Position numbers and translations under genes: made by a program. A stretch of DNA of 64,000 nucleotides from an uncultured Collinsella sp. (GTDB lineage Bacteria; Actinomycetota; Coriobacteriia; Coriobacteriales; Coriobacteriaceae): NCBI GenBank assembly GCA_958432255.1, contig CAUATU010000002.1, positions 21,285 to 85,284 on the forward strand, written 5' to 3'. The notes beneath the pieces were generated by a model that saw only the letters and a program-made list of their open reading frames with translations, was not told where the DNA came from and ran no database searches. Numbering within the stretch: position 1 is the stretch's first letter; each line of letters opens with the position of its first letter. Positions 37,571 through 47,871 of the stretch are shown here, in pieces.

Positions 37571-38824
37571 ATGGAAAGACGCGAACATACATACGGTTAT
37601 GAGGATGCCACGGGCGTCACGCCGCCTCCCTGGACGGGTCCGGCGGTGGGCCTGATGGACCTCGATGCGTTTTTTGCGAGCGTGGAGATGCTCGATCATC
37701 CCGAGTGGCGCGGCAAGCCGCTCATCGTGGGCGGAGACGCCGATTCGCGTGGCGTCGTGTCCACGTGTTCGTATGAGGCGCGTCGCTTTGGCGTGCACTC
37801 TGCCATGCCCTCGGCCGAGGCACGGCGCCTGTGCCCGCAGGCCATTTGGACGCATGGGCATTTTGATCGCTATCGTGAGGTCAGCGCGCAGGTCATGGCG
37901 ATTCTTGCCGAGGAAACGCCGCGCGTGGAGCGCGTATCCATCGACGAAGCCTTTATCGATATCACACCGGGCCGCTTTGCGCCCGAAGACCCGCTGCTAG
38001 TTGCGCGGCGTATAAGCGACCGCGTGGCAGCGCTGGGAGTGACGTGCTCCATCGGCGTGGGCTGCAACAAGACGGTCGCAAAGATCGCAAGCGAGCGGGA
38101 TAAGCCGTTTGGGCTGACCATCGTGCGCCCCGGAACCGAGCAGCGCTTTTTGGCCGCGCTGCCGGTATCTGCCATGAGCGGCATCGGTCGCTCGGCCGAG
38201 GAGCGACTGCGCCGCATGCGCATCTACACCCTCGGCGAGCTATCACGTGCACCGGAATCCACCTTGGCCTCTATTTTTGGCGTCAACGGCGAGCGCATGC
38301 GCCAGCGTGCGCTGGGACTCGAAATCTCCGAAGTCACGAGTCTCGATGAGGAGCGCGAGGTCAAGTCGGTCAGCAATGAACGCACCTTTGCTAAAGATTT
38401 GACTGAGCGTGGGGATATTGAGGCGGCGATTGCGCTGTTGGGAGAGTCAGTGGGACGCCGTCTGCGCCGTCAGGGGCTGACGGGTGCCACGGTAACGCTC
38501 AAGCTTAAGTATTCGTATGGCAGTGGGCGTACGGCACAGCGCCGGCTGCCTCATCCAACCGACGATGAAAACATCTTCGTGGCGGTTGCACTCGAACTGC
38601 TCGACAACATCTGGCAGGAAGGAATGCACGTTCGCTTAGCGGGCATCGGCATGAGCGACTTCGACCACCAAGGCGGGATCCAAACCGACCTGTTCTGCGA
38701 AGTCGACGACCGCGGAGCCCAATCCAGCGACCGACGCGACCTCTCCGTCGCTATCGACGCCGTCCGAGACAAATTCGGCGACACCGCCCTATCCTTCGGC
38801 CGCCAATCCCGCTTCAACGATTAA
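37571..38824 (+). CDS. dinB: DNA polymerase IV
   Basis: Y-family polymerase (MDLDAFFASVE...GKPLIVGG). An alternative internal start at 37655 removes a 28-aa N-terminal extension. Confidence 0.88.
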   Translation: MERREHTYGYEDATGVTPPPWTGPAVGLMDLDAFFASVEMLDHPEWRGKPLIVGGDADSRGVVSTCSYEARRFGVHSAMPSAEARRLCPQAIWTHGHFDRYREVSAQVMAILAEETPRVERVSIDEAFIDITPGRFAPEDPLLVARRISDRVAALGVTCSIGVGCNKTVAKIASERDKPFGLTIVRPGTEQRFLAALPVSAMSGIGRSAEERLRRMRIYTLGELSRAPESTLASIFGVNGERMRQRALGLEISEVTSLDEEREVKSVSNERTFAKDLTERGDIEAAIALLGESVGRRLRRQGLTGATVTLKLKYSYGSGRTAQRRLPHPTDDENIFVAVALELLDNIWQEGMHVRLAGIGMSDFDHQGGIQTDLFCEVDDRGAQSSDRRDLSVAIDAVRDKFGDTALSFGRQSRFND

Positions 38825-38834
38825 CCGCCTTTGG

Positions 38835-38879
38835 GCAAAAAGAAAGCCGGGCAGGTGCGGAAAACCGCAACTGCCCGGC
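38835..38879. terminator. hairpin terminator between convergent dinB and rsfS (U tract on the rsfS side)
   Basis: GCCGGGCAG-gUGCGGAAAACCGCAa-CUGCCCGGC. The minus-strand reading is followed by UUUCUUUUUG. Confidence 0.6.
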
Positions 38880-38920
38880 GATATGCGTGAGGGTACATAA
38901 ACCCCGTCTTAAATGAGCTA

Positions 38921-39376
38921 CTAGAGGAGGTTGAGGGGGAGCTGGGGGGCGTCTCCCCAGAGTTTCTCGAGGCGGTAGAAGTCGCGGGCTTCGGGAGTGA
39001 AGACGTGGACGACAACCGAACCGTAGTCCATGAGCATCCAGGTCTTCTGCTCGCGGCCCTCGATGGAGAACGGATGCTCACCGCATGCCTCGGCGACCTT
39101 CTCCTCGATCTCGTCGACGATCGAATCGACCTGGCGGTTGTTGGTACCGGTGGCAAGCACAAAGTAGTCGCACACATCGGAAAGCTCGGTCAGGTCGAGC
39201 ACCTGAACGTCCTCGCCCTTCTTGTCGTAGGCGGCCTGCGCAGCGGCGCGGGCGACATCCTCGGCGGCGACACCGCTCGCGGACAGCGAGGCGGCAGTGC
39301 GGTCGGACGTGGCAACGAAACTCTTGTGCTCCACACCTTCAAGAATCTGCTCGTCGGTCATGGTCTCGTCGGCCAT
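38921..39376 (-). CDS. rsfS: ribosome silencing factor RsfS (iojap)
   Basis: 151 aa iojap-family protein. Confidence 0.88.
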   Translation of the reverse strand: MADETMTDEQILEGVEHKSFVATSDRTAASLSASGVAAEDVARAAAQAAYDKKGEDVQVLDLTELSDVCDYFVLATGTNNRQVDSIVDEIEEKVAEACGEHPFSIEGREQKTWMLMDYGSVVVHVFTPEARDFYRLEKLWGDAPQLPLNLL

Positions 39377-39404
39377 GGAATACCTCTTTCTAGACGCACC
39401 CGAG

Positions 39405-40013
39405 CTAGCGCAGCTGGGCGTAATGGTTGTAAATCGTAATAGCCGTGGGATAGAGATAACGCTCGGTCTGGATCACATAGACCAGACCCTGCGCAAAACA
39501 GGAGAAGAACAACTCGTCGAGCGAGGACTTCCCCACCATCTTGCGAAGCGCATGGGCATAATCGCCGTGGCGGTTGGGTTCGATGGCATCGGCCACAAAG
39601 ACCACCATATCGAGCGGCGTCATGTCGCAAGCGCCCACGGTGTGACGGTCGACAGCCTGAAAGACCGCCGGCGACAGCTCGGGAAAAAGCTGCGGAAGCT
39701 CATAGGCGGCAACTGGGCCATGCAAAAGCGGCGTCGCGGCAGACGGAGAGCCGGCAATCTTAATGCCATAATGCAGAGCGCGCGTGACCAGCTCGTCGTC
39801 GGAGAGCACCTTGTCCCAGTCATGAATCAGGCCGGCGGCAGCGGCATCAAAGCGGTCGACACCGTACACCTCGGCTAGGTGCAACGCAGTCTCGGCAACC
39901 CCGAGCGAATGCACGTAGCGCTTACGCTTATCCTTCATGCGCACATCGAGCAATTCGTGGATACGCGTCAAGAGCGCGCGCTCGTCGTCCTCAAACTGTT
40001 CTTCTACCGACAA
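39405..40013 (-). CDS. yqeK: bis(5'-nucleosyl)-tetraphosphatase (symmetrical) YqeK, HD domain
   Basis: HSLGV...HDWDK HD motif. Lies between nadD and rsfS, the conserved cluster arrangement. Confidence 0.85.
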   Translation of the reverse strand: MSVEEQFEDDERALLTRIHELLDVRMKDKRKRYVHSLGVAETALHLAEVYGVDRFDAAAAGLIHDWDKVLSDDELVTRALHYGIKIAGSPSAATPLLHGPVAAYELPQLFPELSPAVFQAVDRHTVGACDMTPLDMVVFVADAIEPNRHGDYAHALRKMVGKSSLDELFFSCFAQGLVYVIQTERYLYPTAITIYNHYAQLR

Positions 40014-40025
40014 CGTTCTCCCCCA

Positions 40026-40703
40026 TCAATCAAAATCGTCTTGCCCAAGATCGGCATACAGGCCACGCTTGCGGATATAGCCGAGCACGGACTCGCTCGT
40101 AAGATAGCGCACGCTCATGCCGCGAGCAACCCGCTTGCGAATGTTGGTCGAACTAATCGCCAGTGCCGGAATCTGGATATAGCGCACGTCAAATGGCAGT
40201 CCCGACTCTTTGATTCGCGCGCGAGCAGTATCGATATCAAAGCCCGGACGCGTCGCCGCAATAAAGGTTGCCAGTTCGGCAATCTCATCTGCATTGTGCC
40301 AGGTTACAATATCGATAATCGCATCAGCACCCGTAATAAAATAAAGCTTCACCTGTGGCGGGTAAAACTCGCGAAGGGCACGCAGCGTATCGGCTGTGTA
40401 GGTGACACCGGCACGATCGATCTCGAAGCGGCTTGCCAAAAAGGCCGGGTTCGCGGCGGTCGCGAGGACCGTCATGGCATAACGGTCCTCGGCCGGCGTC
40501 ACCGGTTTGTCGAGTTTAAAGGCAGGAGAGCCCGCCGGCATAAAAAGCACAGCGTCCAAGTCGAGCGACTCGCGCGCCTGCTCGGCGGTCACCAGGTGCC
40601 CGTAATGGATGGGATCAAAGGTGCCACCCATAATGCCGAGCCTAAACTCCTGCCCGTCCTCTAGAGGAAGCTCGGGCAGACCGATTCCACCGCGCAGCGA
40701 CAT
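40026..40703 (-). CDS. nadD: nicotinate-nucleotide adenylyltransferase
   Basis: GGTFDPIHYGH motif, with a 20-aa N-terminal extension. Confidence 0.88.
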   Translation of the reverse strand: MSLRGGIGLPELPLEDGQEFRLGIMGGTFDPIHYGHLVTAEQARESLDLDAVLFMPAGSPAFKLDKPVTPAEDRYAMTVLATAANPAFLASRFEIDRAGVTYTADTLRALREFYPPQVKLYFITGADAIIDIVTWHNADEIAELATFIAATRPGFDIDTARARIKESGLPFDVRYIQIPALAISSTNIRKRVARGMSVRYLTSESVLGYIRKRGLYADLGQDDFD

Positions 40704-40706
40704 GGC

Positions 40707-42185
<1,479 letters not shown>

Positions 42186-42186
42186 C

Positions 42187-42232
42187 TACAAAAAGAGGGA
42201 GACCCTTGAATCCTAAAACTCAAGTGCCTCCC
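42187..42232 (-). terminator. terminator-like hairpin after rpmA, immediately upstream of the obg SD
   Basis: GGGAGGCACUUGAG...CAAGGGUCUCCC imperfect stem followed by UCUUUUUGUAGGAGG. The U tract runs into the obg ribosome-binding site. Confidence 0.45.
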
Positions 42233-42257
42233 ACATATGTGCTCTATGAAGGGTGAA

Positions 42258-42515
42258 TTACGCGTTCGCGAGCGGGCGTACGCTGACCCTGTGCTTGATA
42301 CCCTTGTGGAACTCAACGGTACCGTCGACCAGCGCGAACAGCGTGTCGTCCTTACCACGGCCAACGTTCTCACCCGGGTGGATGTGCGTGCCGTGCTGAC
42401 GGACGAGAATCGTGCCCGTGGTTACCGTCTGGCCGGCATAGCGCTTCGTGCCAAGGCGCTGACCGCGGGAGTCACGGCCATTACGGGAGGAACCGAGTCC
42501 TTTTTTGTGTGCCAT
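42258..42515 (-). CDS. rpmA: 50S ribosomal protein L27
   Basis: [16 protein letters not shown]... L27 N-terminus. Confidence 0.95.
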   Translation of the reverse strand: MAHKKGLGSSRNGRDSRGQRLGTKRYAGQTVTTGTILVRQHGTHIHPGENVGRGKDDTLFALVDGTVEFHKGIKHRVSVRPLANA

Positions 42516-42548
42516 TGTGTATACCTACTCTTTCGTTACGAGTGTAAT

Positions 42549-42923
42549 CTACTCGGCGACGGGAGCCTCGGCAACAGCCTCGGCCTCTGCCTTGACAGCC
42601 TTCTTGGCGCGGGACGTAGCCTGGACCTTCACGATCTTCAGCTTGGTGAGCTGCTGACGGTGACCCTTCAGACGACGATAGCGCTTGCGCTTGTGGAACT
42701 TGAAGACCAGCTGCTTCTCGCCCTTGAACTGCTCAACGATCTGAGCGGTAACCTTGGCCTTGGCCAGCTTGTCGGGATCGGTGACGATCTTCTTACCATC
42801 GTTGAGGAAGATAACCGGCAGGGTGACCTTGTCGCCCTCATTGCCCTCGATCTTCTCGACGGTGATGACATCGTCGGTGGCGACCTTGTACTGCTTGCCG
42901 CCCGTGTTAACGATTGCGTACAT
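42549..42923 (-). CDS. rplU: 50S ribosomal protein L21
   Basis: Start set at the conserved MYAIVNTGGKQYKV (M8 of the track ORF). Confidence 0.9.
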   Translation of the reverse strand: MYAIVNTGGKQYKVATDDVITVEKIEGNEGDKVTLPVIFLNDGKKIVTDPDKLAKAKVTAQIVEQFKGEKQLVFKFHKRKRYRRLKGHRQQLTKLKIVKVQATSRAKKAVKAEAEAVAEAPVAE

Positions 42924-42965
42924 GTTTACTTGCCCTTCATGCATCAGTTAGTGCAACAGCCGAAT

Positions 42966-42994
42966 ATAGTAGCAGGCGAAAATACCCCCGTCAA
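42966..42994 (-). promoter_or_regulatory. sigma70-like promoter TTGACG-N17-TACTAT for rplU-rpmA-(obg)
   Basis: -35 at 42989-42994 overlaps the stop codon of the upstream TIGR03936 gene. -10 at 42966-42971. Confidence 0.45.
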
Positions 42995-43803
42995 CGAGTA
43001 TGTGGAGCAAATCCACAAGTTCGCACAGGTATGGGGCTGACGAGTCGGCCCTCGTCGTCCTCGCATGCTTGATTCTGACGCTCGACATCGTAGGAGCAGA
43101 TGGTCACGAGGTCTTGCATACCGGTGGAAACAATAGGTGCATCCACGCCCGGGGTCAAGCCCTGCAACAAAACATCAGCAGCGGAAAGCAAAATTTCCGG
43201 ACGCATGGAGCCCTCGTTGTCGGCATGGGTGTCGAGCATGAGCACCAAATGGTCCAGGCGCTCCCCCGCCGTGAGCTCATAGCCAACGAGCGTGTGATCC
43301 AAATCCAAGCGCTTGCTCTTTTTTCCGCGCGCGTAGTCGATGCCATGGCCCGCGCGCAGCGTGTCGAGCGCACGACGCACCTCGTCGGCGCTTACGGGCG
43401 CCTCGGGATCCAAGTGCAGGTCGATGCGATACGACAGGCGCGTGAGCTGCGCCGTCAACGCCGGCGTGCGCACGTCGATGTACGCCGCCTCGATGGGCGC
43501 CAGATCGGCCGGAGACGCCGCAGCCAGGCGCCCAAACGCCTCGTCGAGCGCCACGAACTCTGTCATAAACAGGTCGTACCACTCGCAGGTCGACGACGTA
43601 CCCACCGGTAGCGCCGAAGAGAAGCCCACGCGCATGTGCGGGGAGAAGCCCTGCGTGACGGCATAGGGAAGTCCCGCACGGCGCACGATGCGCTCAATGG
43701 TATGGATTACTTCGAGATGGCCCAGGTACTTAAGGCGATCGCGCTTGCCATAGCGAACACGAAGCCTAAAGAGCGTGGGGTTGTCGGTCAGGCGCTCACT
43801 CAT
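42991..43803 (-). CDS. TIGR03936-family radical SAM-associated protein (DUF2344)
   Basis: 270 aa. 4-nt overlap with the upstream TIGR03960-type radical SAM gene. This is the usual genomic pairing. Confidence 0.7.
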   Translation of the reverse strand: MSERLTDNPTLFRLRVRYGKRDRLKYLGHLEVIHTIERIVRRAGLPYAVTQGFSPHMRVGFSSALPVGTSSTCEWYDLFMTEFVALDEAFGRLAAASPADLAPIEAAYIDVRTPALTAQLTRLSYRIDLHLDPEAPVSADEVRRALDTLRAGHGIDYARGKKSKRLDLDHTLVGYELTAGERLDHLVLMLDTHADNEGSMRPEILLSAADVLLQGLTPGVDAPIVSTGMQDLVTICSYDVERQNQACEDDEGRLVSPIPVRTCGFAPHTR

Positions 43804-45677
43804 GCGCGATCACCCATCAATACATTCTTGGCGTGGAGCGTGGGGCAGATCCCGCAGCCGGTGCACGACGTGCGGGTGCAGTCGGGAGTCGTGACGCCCT
43901 CGAGCGAGCGACGGTACTCGCGCTCGAGGAAGCCGCGCGTGCAGCCGGGGCTCACGTGCTCCCAAGGCAGGCGCCAGTCCAACTCGTAAGGCAGGTGTAC
44001 GAGCTCGTTGAGGTCGATGCCGTTTTTGGCAGCAGCCTCCTTCCAGTTATCGAGCGAGAAATGCTCTACCCAGGCGTCAAAGCGAGAGCCCGAGCGCCAA
44101 GCATCGATGATGACGGGCGTCATGTCACGACCGGCGCGGGACAGCGCGGCCTCGATGAGCGAGGTCTCGGCATCGTGGTAATGCACACGGACGGCACGGT
44201 TGCGAACGCTCGTGATAAGCAGCTTCTGGCGACGCTTGACGTCGTCGTAGTCGAGCTGCGGGCACCACTGGAACGGCGTGGCAGCCTTGGGGATAAAGAC
44301 CGAAACCGAGATGGACACCGAGATCGAGCCGCGACGAGCCTTGGGCACCACGGAACGACCGAGCTCCAGCACGTGATCGGCCAGATTGGCGATGGCCACG
44401 ATATCCTCGTCGCGCTCGCCGGGAAGGCCCATCATAAAGTAGAGCTTCATGCGGTTCCAGCCGGCCTCGAAGGCTGCCTTGGCCGCACGGTCCAGGTCCT
44501 CCTCGGTCACGTTTTTGTTAATGATGTCGCGCATGCGCTGGCTGCCGGCCTCGGGCGCGAACGTCAGGCCGCCCTTCTTTTCGCCGGCGACCGATTCGGC
44601 CATATCCACGCCAAACGAATCCAGGCGCTGCGACGGAATAGACACGCGAATACCCGTATCCTCCAGGCGACGGTTGAGCCTGCCGAGCACGTCGCGAATG
44701 CAGGAGTGGTCGGTCGTGGAGAGCGAGGTCAGCGACACCTCGTCATAGCCAGTCTTTTCCAGACCCTGAATCACCGACGAGACGATCTGATCGGCCGAGC
44801 GCTCGCGCACCGGGCGATACGTCATGCCGGCCTGGCAAAAACGGCAGCCGCGGGCGCAGCCGCGCAGGATCTCGATAGACAGGCGGTCGTGGACCAGCTG
44901 CGCATAGGGCACGCACGACTGCGACAGCGGATTCGTGGCGCCGAAATCCTCGACGACGCGCTTGTAGACCACAGCCGGCGCATCCTTACCCTCACGCGGC
45001 ACGGTGTAGCCATGCGGCGAGCAGGGCTCGTCGTGAAGAACCTCATAGAGCGACGGCACGTAGTTGCCGGCAATGGATGCGAGCTGCTCAACAATCTGAG
45101 CGCGCGGGACTCCTTCGTCACGCAGGCGGCGATGCAGCTGGCAGGTCTCGAGCAGCGATTCCTCGCCCTCGCCGATGAGGATGGCATCGAAGAAGGCCGC
45201 GTACGGCTCGGGGTTGTACACCGAGGGGCCGCCGGCGATGATGATGGGGTCGTCTTCGCCACGGTCGGCCGCTAACAGCGGAATGCCAGCGAGGTCGAGT
45301 GCCTCGAGGAAGTTCGTCACCGCCATCTCGTGCGGCACATGCAGACCGACGATATCAAACGAAGCGACCGGCGCTGCACCCTCGAGCGAGAGCAGCGGGA
45401 TGCCCGCCTCGCGCATGGCGTCACCCATATCTGGCCACGGCACATAGCCACGCTCGCAGGAGATGCCCTCGGCCTGGTTAAGGATGTTGTAGAGGATGGC
45501 GATACCCTGGTTGGGCAGACCAACCTCGTACACATCCGGGTAGATCAGACAGCAACGGTAATCGGCATCAGCCTTGGAAAGCGTGCCCCACTCGTGATCG
45601 ATATAGCGACTCGGCTTCTCGACCTTGGCGAGCAGCGGCTCAATTAAATGAAAACAGTCTTGGTATGCAACGCGCAA
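43800..45677 (-). CDS. TIGR03960-family B12-binding-domain radical SAM protein
   Basis: 625 aa with the radical SAM cluster CARGCRFC and an N-terminal B12-binding-like region. TTG start with AGGGG upstream. Confidence 0.8.
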   Translation of the reverse strand: MRVAYQDCFHLIEPLLAKVEKPSRYIDHEWGTLSKADADYRCCLIYPDVYEVGLPNQGIAILYNILNQAEGISCERGYVPWPDMGDAMREAGIPLLSLEGAAPVASFDIVGLHVPHEMAVTNFLEALDLAGIPLLAADRGEDDPIIIAGGPSVYNPEPYAAFFDAILIGEGEESLLETCQLHRRLRDEGVPRAQIVEQLASIAGNYVPSLYEVLHDEPCSPHGYTVPREGKDAPAVVYKRVVEDFGATNPLSQSCVPYAQLVHDRLSIEILRGCARGCRFCQAGMTYRPVRERSADQIVSSVIQGLEKTGYDEVSLTSLSTTDHSCIRDVLGRLNRRLEDTGIRVSIPSQRLDSFGVDMAESVAGEKKGGLTFAPEAGSQRMRDIINKNVTEEDLDRAAKAAFEAGWNRMKLYFMMGLPGERDEDIVAIANLADHVLELGRSVVPKARRGSISVSISVSVFIPKAATPFQWCPQLDYDDVKRRQKLLITSVRNRAVRVHYHDAETSLIEAALSRAGRDMTPVIIDAWRSGSRFDAWVEHFSLDNWKEAAAKNGIDLNELVHLPYELDWRLPWEHVSPGCTRGFLEREYRRSLEGVTTPDCTRTSCTGCGICPTLHAKNVLMGDRA

Positions 45678-45687
45678 CGGAAAACCC

Positions 45688-46617
45688 CTAAGCTGCGAGA
45701 TCGGATGCGTCCTGGTAGGACGCCATAGGACGGGTAGCGCCCGCGACGGTGGTCACCAGATCGCGAACACGGGAGAACGTGGCAGTGACCACCTCGTTGG
45801 CACGACTGTAGTCGACATCGCGCTCGTAGAGCGAAACAAGCGCACGGCCCATGCCATAGGTGCCCGCGGCAGCAGTGAGCGCCTTGACGGCAAACCCAAT
45901 ATGCGGCGTCTGCTTGACGAGCGCGCGGGTGACCGCGCGGATCACAAGACCGCCGGCAAGCATGCCCGCGACCTCGTAGCCGCGCTCAGGCTTAATGCCG
46001 CGTCCAAAGACGGCAGCGAGCTCAAAGAGCATGCCCACTTGCGCCAGCGCCATAACGGGATAATCGGCGCCCGGCAAAAACACCAGCGCACCGGTCGCCA
46101 TATTGGTGAGCGCACACGAGGTGATGATACGATTGGCCGCCGCGATGCGCATGAAGGCAAAGTTCGCCGCAAAAGCCGTTTCCTTGTCGGTGCGATCGAG
46201 AATCCAGCGGGCAAGCGTCTCGAGCAGGTACGTCTTATCGGTTGCCGCCACCACACCGAGCATGGGCGTGGACTCCTCGATAAACGGCACCTCCACAGCA
46301 GACTCGGCAAGCACGCACACGGGCGCGCCGGCGATCACGAGCTCCTGCACGGCACTCTCCAAGCGGTCGGAACCACACGAGAGCACCAGCACCACATCGG
46401 TATCGGTCTTTGGAGCAATTCGCTCCTCCCCCAGACGCTCGACGCGCACAATGCCCGAGGTCGTCTGCGGCACAAAGGCGTCACGCACCGTCTCGGCCAG
46501 AAAGCGCGAGGCGGACGAATCCAGATAGACCGAGACGCGCACCGGCGTATCGGAATCCTTCTTAACGGACGCGCCCATCTTAAAAGCGCGGGTCAGCTTA
46601 TCTACGGGAATTTTCAT
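45688..46617 (-). CDS. hypothetical protein, DUF697-like C-terminal domain
   Basis: 309 aa. The C-terminal half (FMRIAAANRI...LVFLPGADYPVMALAQ...TYGMGRALVSLYE) resembles the DUF697 pattern. GGAGGGG lies 6 nt upstream of the ATG. The DUF697 assignment is from memory of the family pattern only. Confidence 0.5.
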   Translation of the reverse strand: MKIPVDKLTRAFKMGASVKKDSDTPVRVSVYLDSSASRFLAETVRDAFVPQTTSGIVRVERLGEERIAPKTDTDVVLVLSCGSDRLESAVQELVIAGAPVCVLAESAVEVPFIEESTPMLGVVAATDKTYLLETLARWILDRTDKETAFAANFAFMRIAAANRIITSCALTNMATGALVFLPGADYPVMALAQVGMLFELAAVFGRGIKPERGYEVAGMLAGGLVIRAVTRALVKQTPHIGFAVKALTAAAGTYGMGRALVSLYERDVDYSRANEVVTATFSRVRDLVTTVAGATRPMASYQDASDLAA

Positions 46618-46635
46618 AGCAAACCCCTCCAGCGG

Positions 46636-47862
46636 TTACGCGGCGCCCGAACGATGCCGCCATATGGATTGTACGATACCCACCGTCAGCAGTTGGATCA
46701 TCATCGAAGACGAACCAAAGCTAATAAACGGTAGCGGAATACCGGTAATCGGCATCATGCCGATGCACATGCCGATGTTTTCGAAGGTCTGGAACGCCCA
46801 CATGCCAACGATGCCCACACACGACAGACGCAGGAACAGCGACTCACACTTAAAGGCGACGCGAATCGTCGAAAAGATCAGCAGCACGTAGAGGCACAGG
46901 AGAAAAAAGGAACCGCAAAAACCAAAGGTCTCGGACAAAAAGGCGAAGACGAAGTCGGTGTGGAACTCAGGCAGAAAGCCGCCGGCCGACTGCGTCGCAT
47001 GGCCCAAACCCTTACCAAAGAAGCCGCCCGAGCCAACGGCGATAAGCGACTGCTGCAGGTTGTAGGCATCGTCCGAATCGGCATTATCGGGGTCGATAAA
47101 GACCGTCAGACGGTTCATCTGATACTGCTTGATGAGCACATCGTGGCCGAGCAACGAATCAAAGACCGAATCGAGCGCCAGAACGAGGGCCACCAGGCCC
47201 ACGAGCAGGGCCAGAGTCGACAGCACCCATTCGCGGCGTGCACCGCTCATACAAATGACGATGGCGCCCGAAACAAGCACGACCAGGCCCGAGCCCAGGT
47301 CGCCCATGGCAACGACGGCCAAAAACGGAATGGACAGCATGCCGCAGAGCTTGACGTAGTCGCGAACGGTATCGATGCGACCGTTATACTGCGAGCCAAG
47401 CGTAGCAATAAAGAAGATGGTGATGAGCTTGGCAAGCTCAACCGGCTGGAATGTCAAGCCGATACCGGGAATCTTGATCCAGCCCGTCATGCCCAGACCG
47501 CCTGTATAGGACAGACCCGGAATCTTGGGCGAGAGGATCACGATCAGGTCGATGACGAGCAACGCCGTCGAGAAATTGGAAATACCGCGCAGGTCGGTAC
47601 GCCAGACCAGCACCGCCAGCACCGCTCCGATGCCAATTCCCAGCAGATGGCGTGAGAACGAAGCGTCGGCCTTAAACTGCGAAGCCGACCAGATAATGAT
47701 GGCACCGTAGGCGACGAGAGCCACAGTAGCCACGAGCACACCGATATGCACCTTTTGGCGAAACGTGCCGCGCGAGGCCGAAAGTTGCTTGTTGACACGG
47801 TCCAGGCTGCTGCGAGAGCCGGTCTTGGTTGAACGGAACAGATCCGCCGGAGAAAAATCCAT
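46636..47862 (-). CDS. rodA: rod shape-determining protein RodA (SEDS family)
   Basis: 408 aa polytopic FtsW/RodA/SpoVE-family protein downstream of pbp2. AGGAGG lies 5 nt upstream of the ATG. Confidence 0.88.
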   Translation of the reverse strand: MDFSPADLFRSTKTGSRSSLDRVNKQLSASRGTFRQKVHIGVLVATVALVAYGAIIIWSASQFKADASFSRHLLGIGIGAVLAVLVWRTDLRGISNFSTALLVIDLIVILSPKIPGLSYTGGLGMTGWIKIPGIGLTFQPVELAKLITIFFIATLGSQYNGRIDTVRDYVKLCGMLSIPFLAVVAMGDLGSGLVVLVSGAIVICMSGARREWVLSTLALLVGLVALVLALDSVFDSLLGHDVLIKQYQMNRLTVFIDPDNADSDDAYNLQQSLIAVGSGGFFGKGLGHATQSAGGFLPEFHTDFVFAFLSETFGFCGSFFLLCLYVLLIFSTIRVAFKCESLFLRLSCVGIVGMWAFQTFENIGMCIGMMPITGIPLPFISFGSSSMMIQLLTVGIVQSIWRHRSGAA

Positions 47863-47871
47863 CGCAACCTC

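Noticed and set aside
37520-37575. Possible LexA/SOS box upstream of dinB (CGAACATACATACGGTT)
   Set aside because: The half-site spacing is 8 nt instead of 4, and there is no GTTC half. It does not fit the actinobacterial TCGAAC-N4-GTTCGA consensus.
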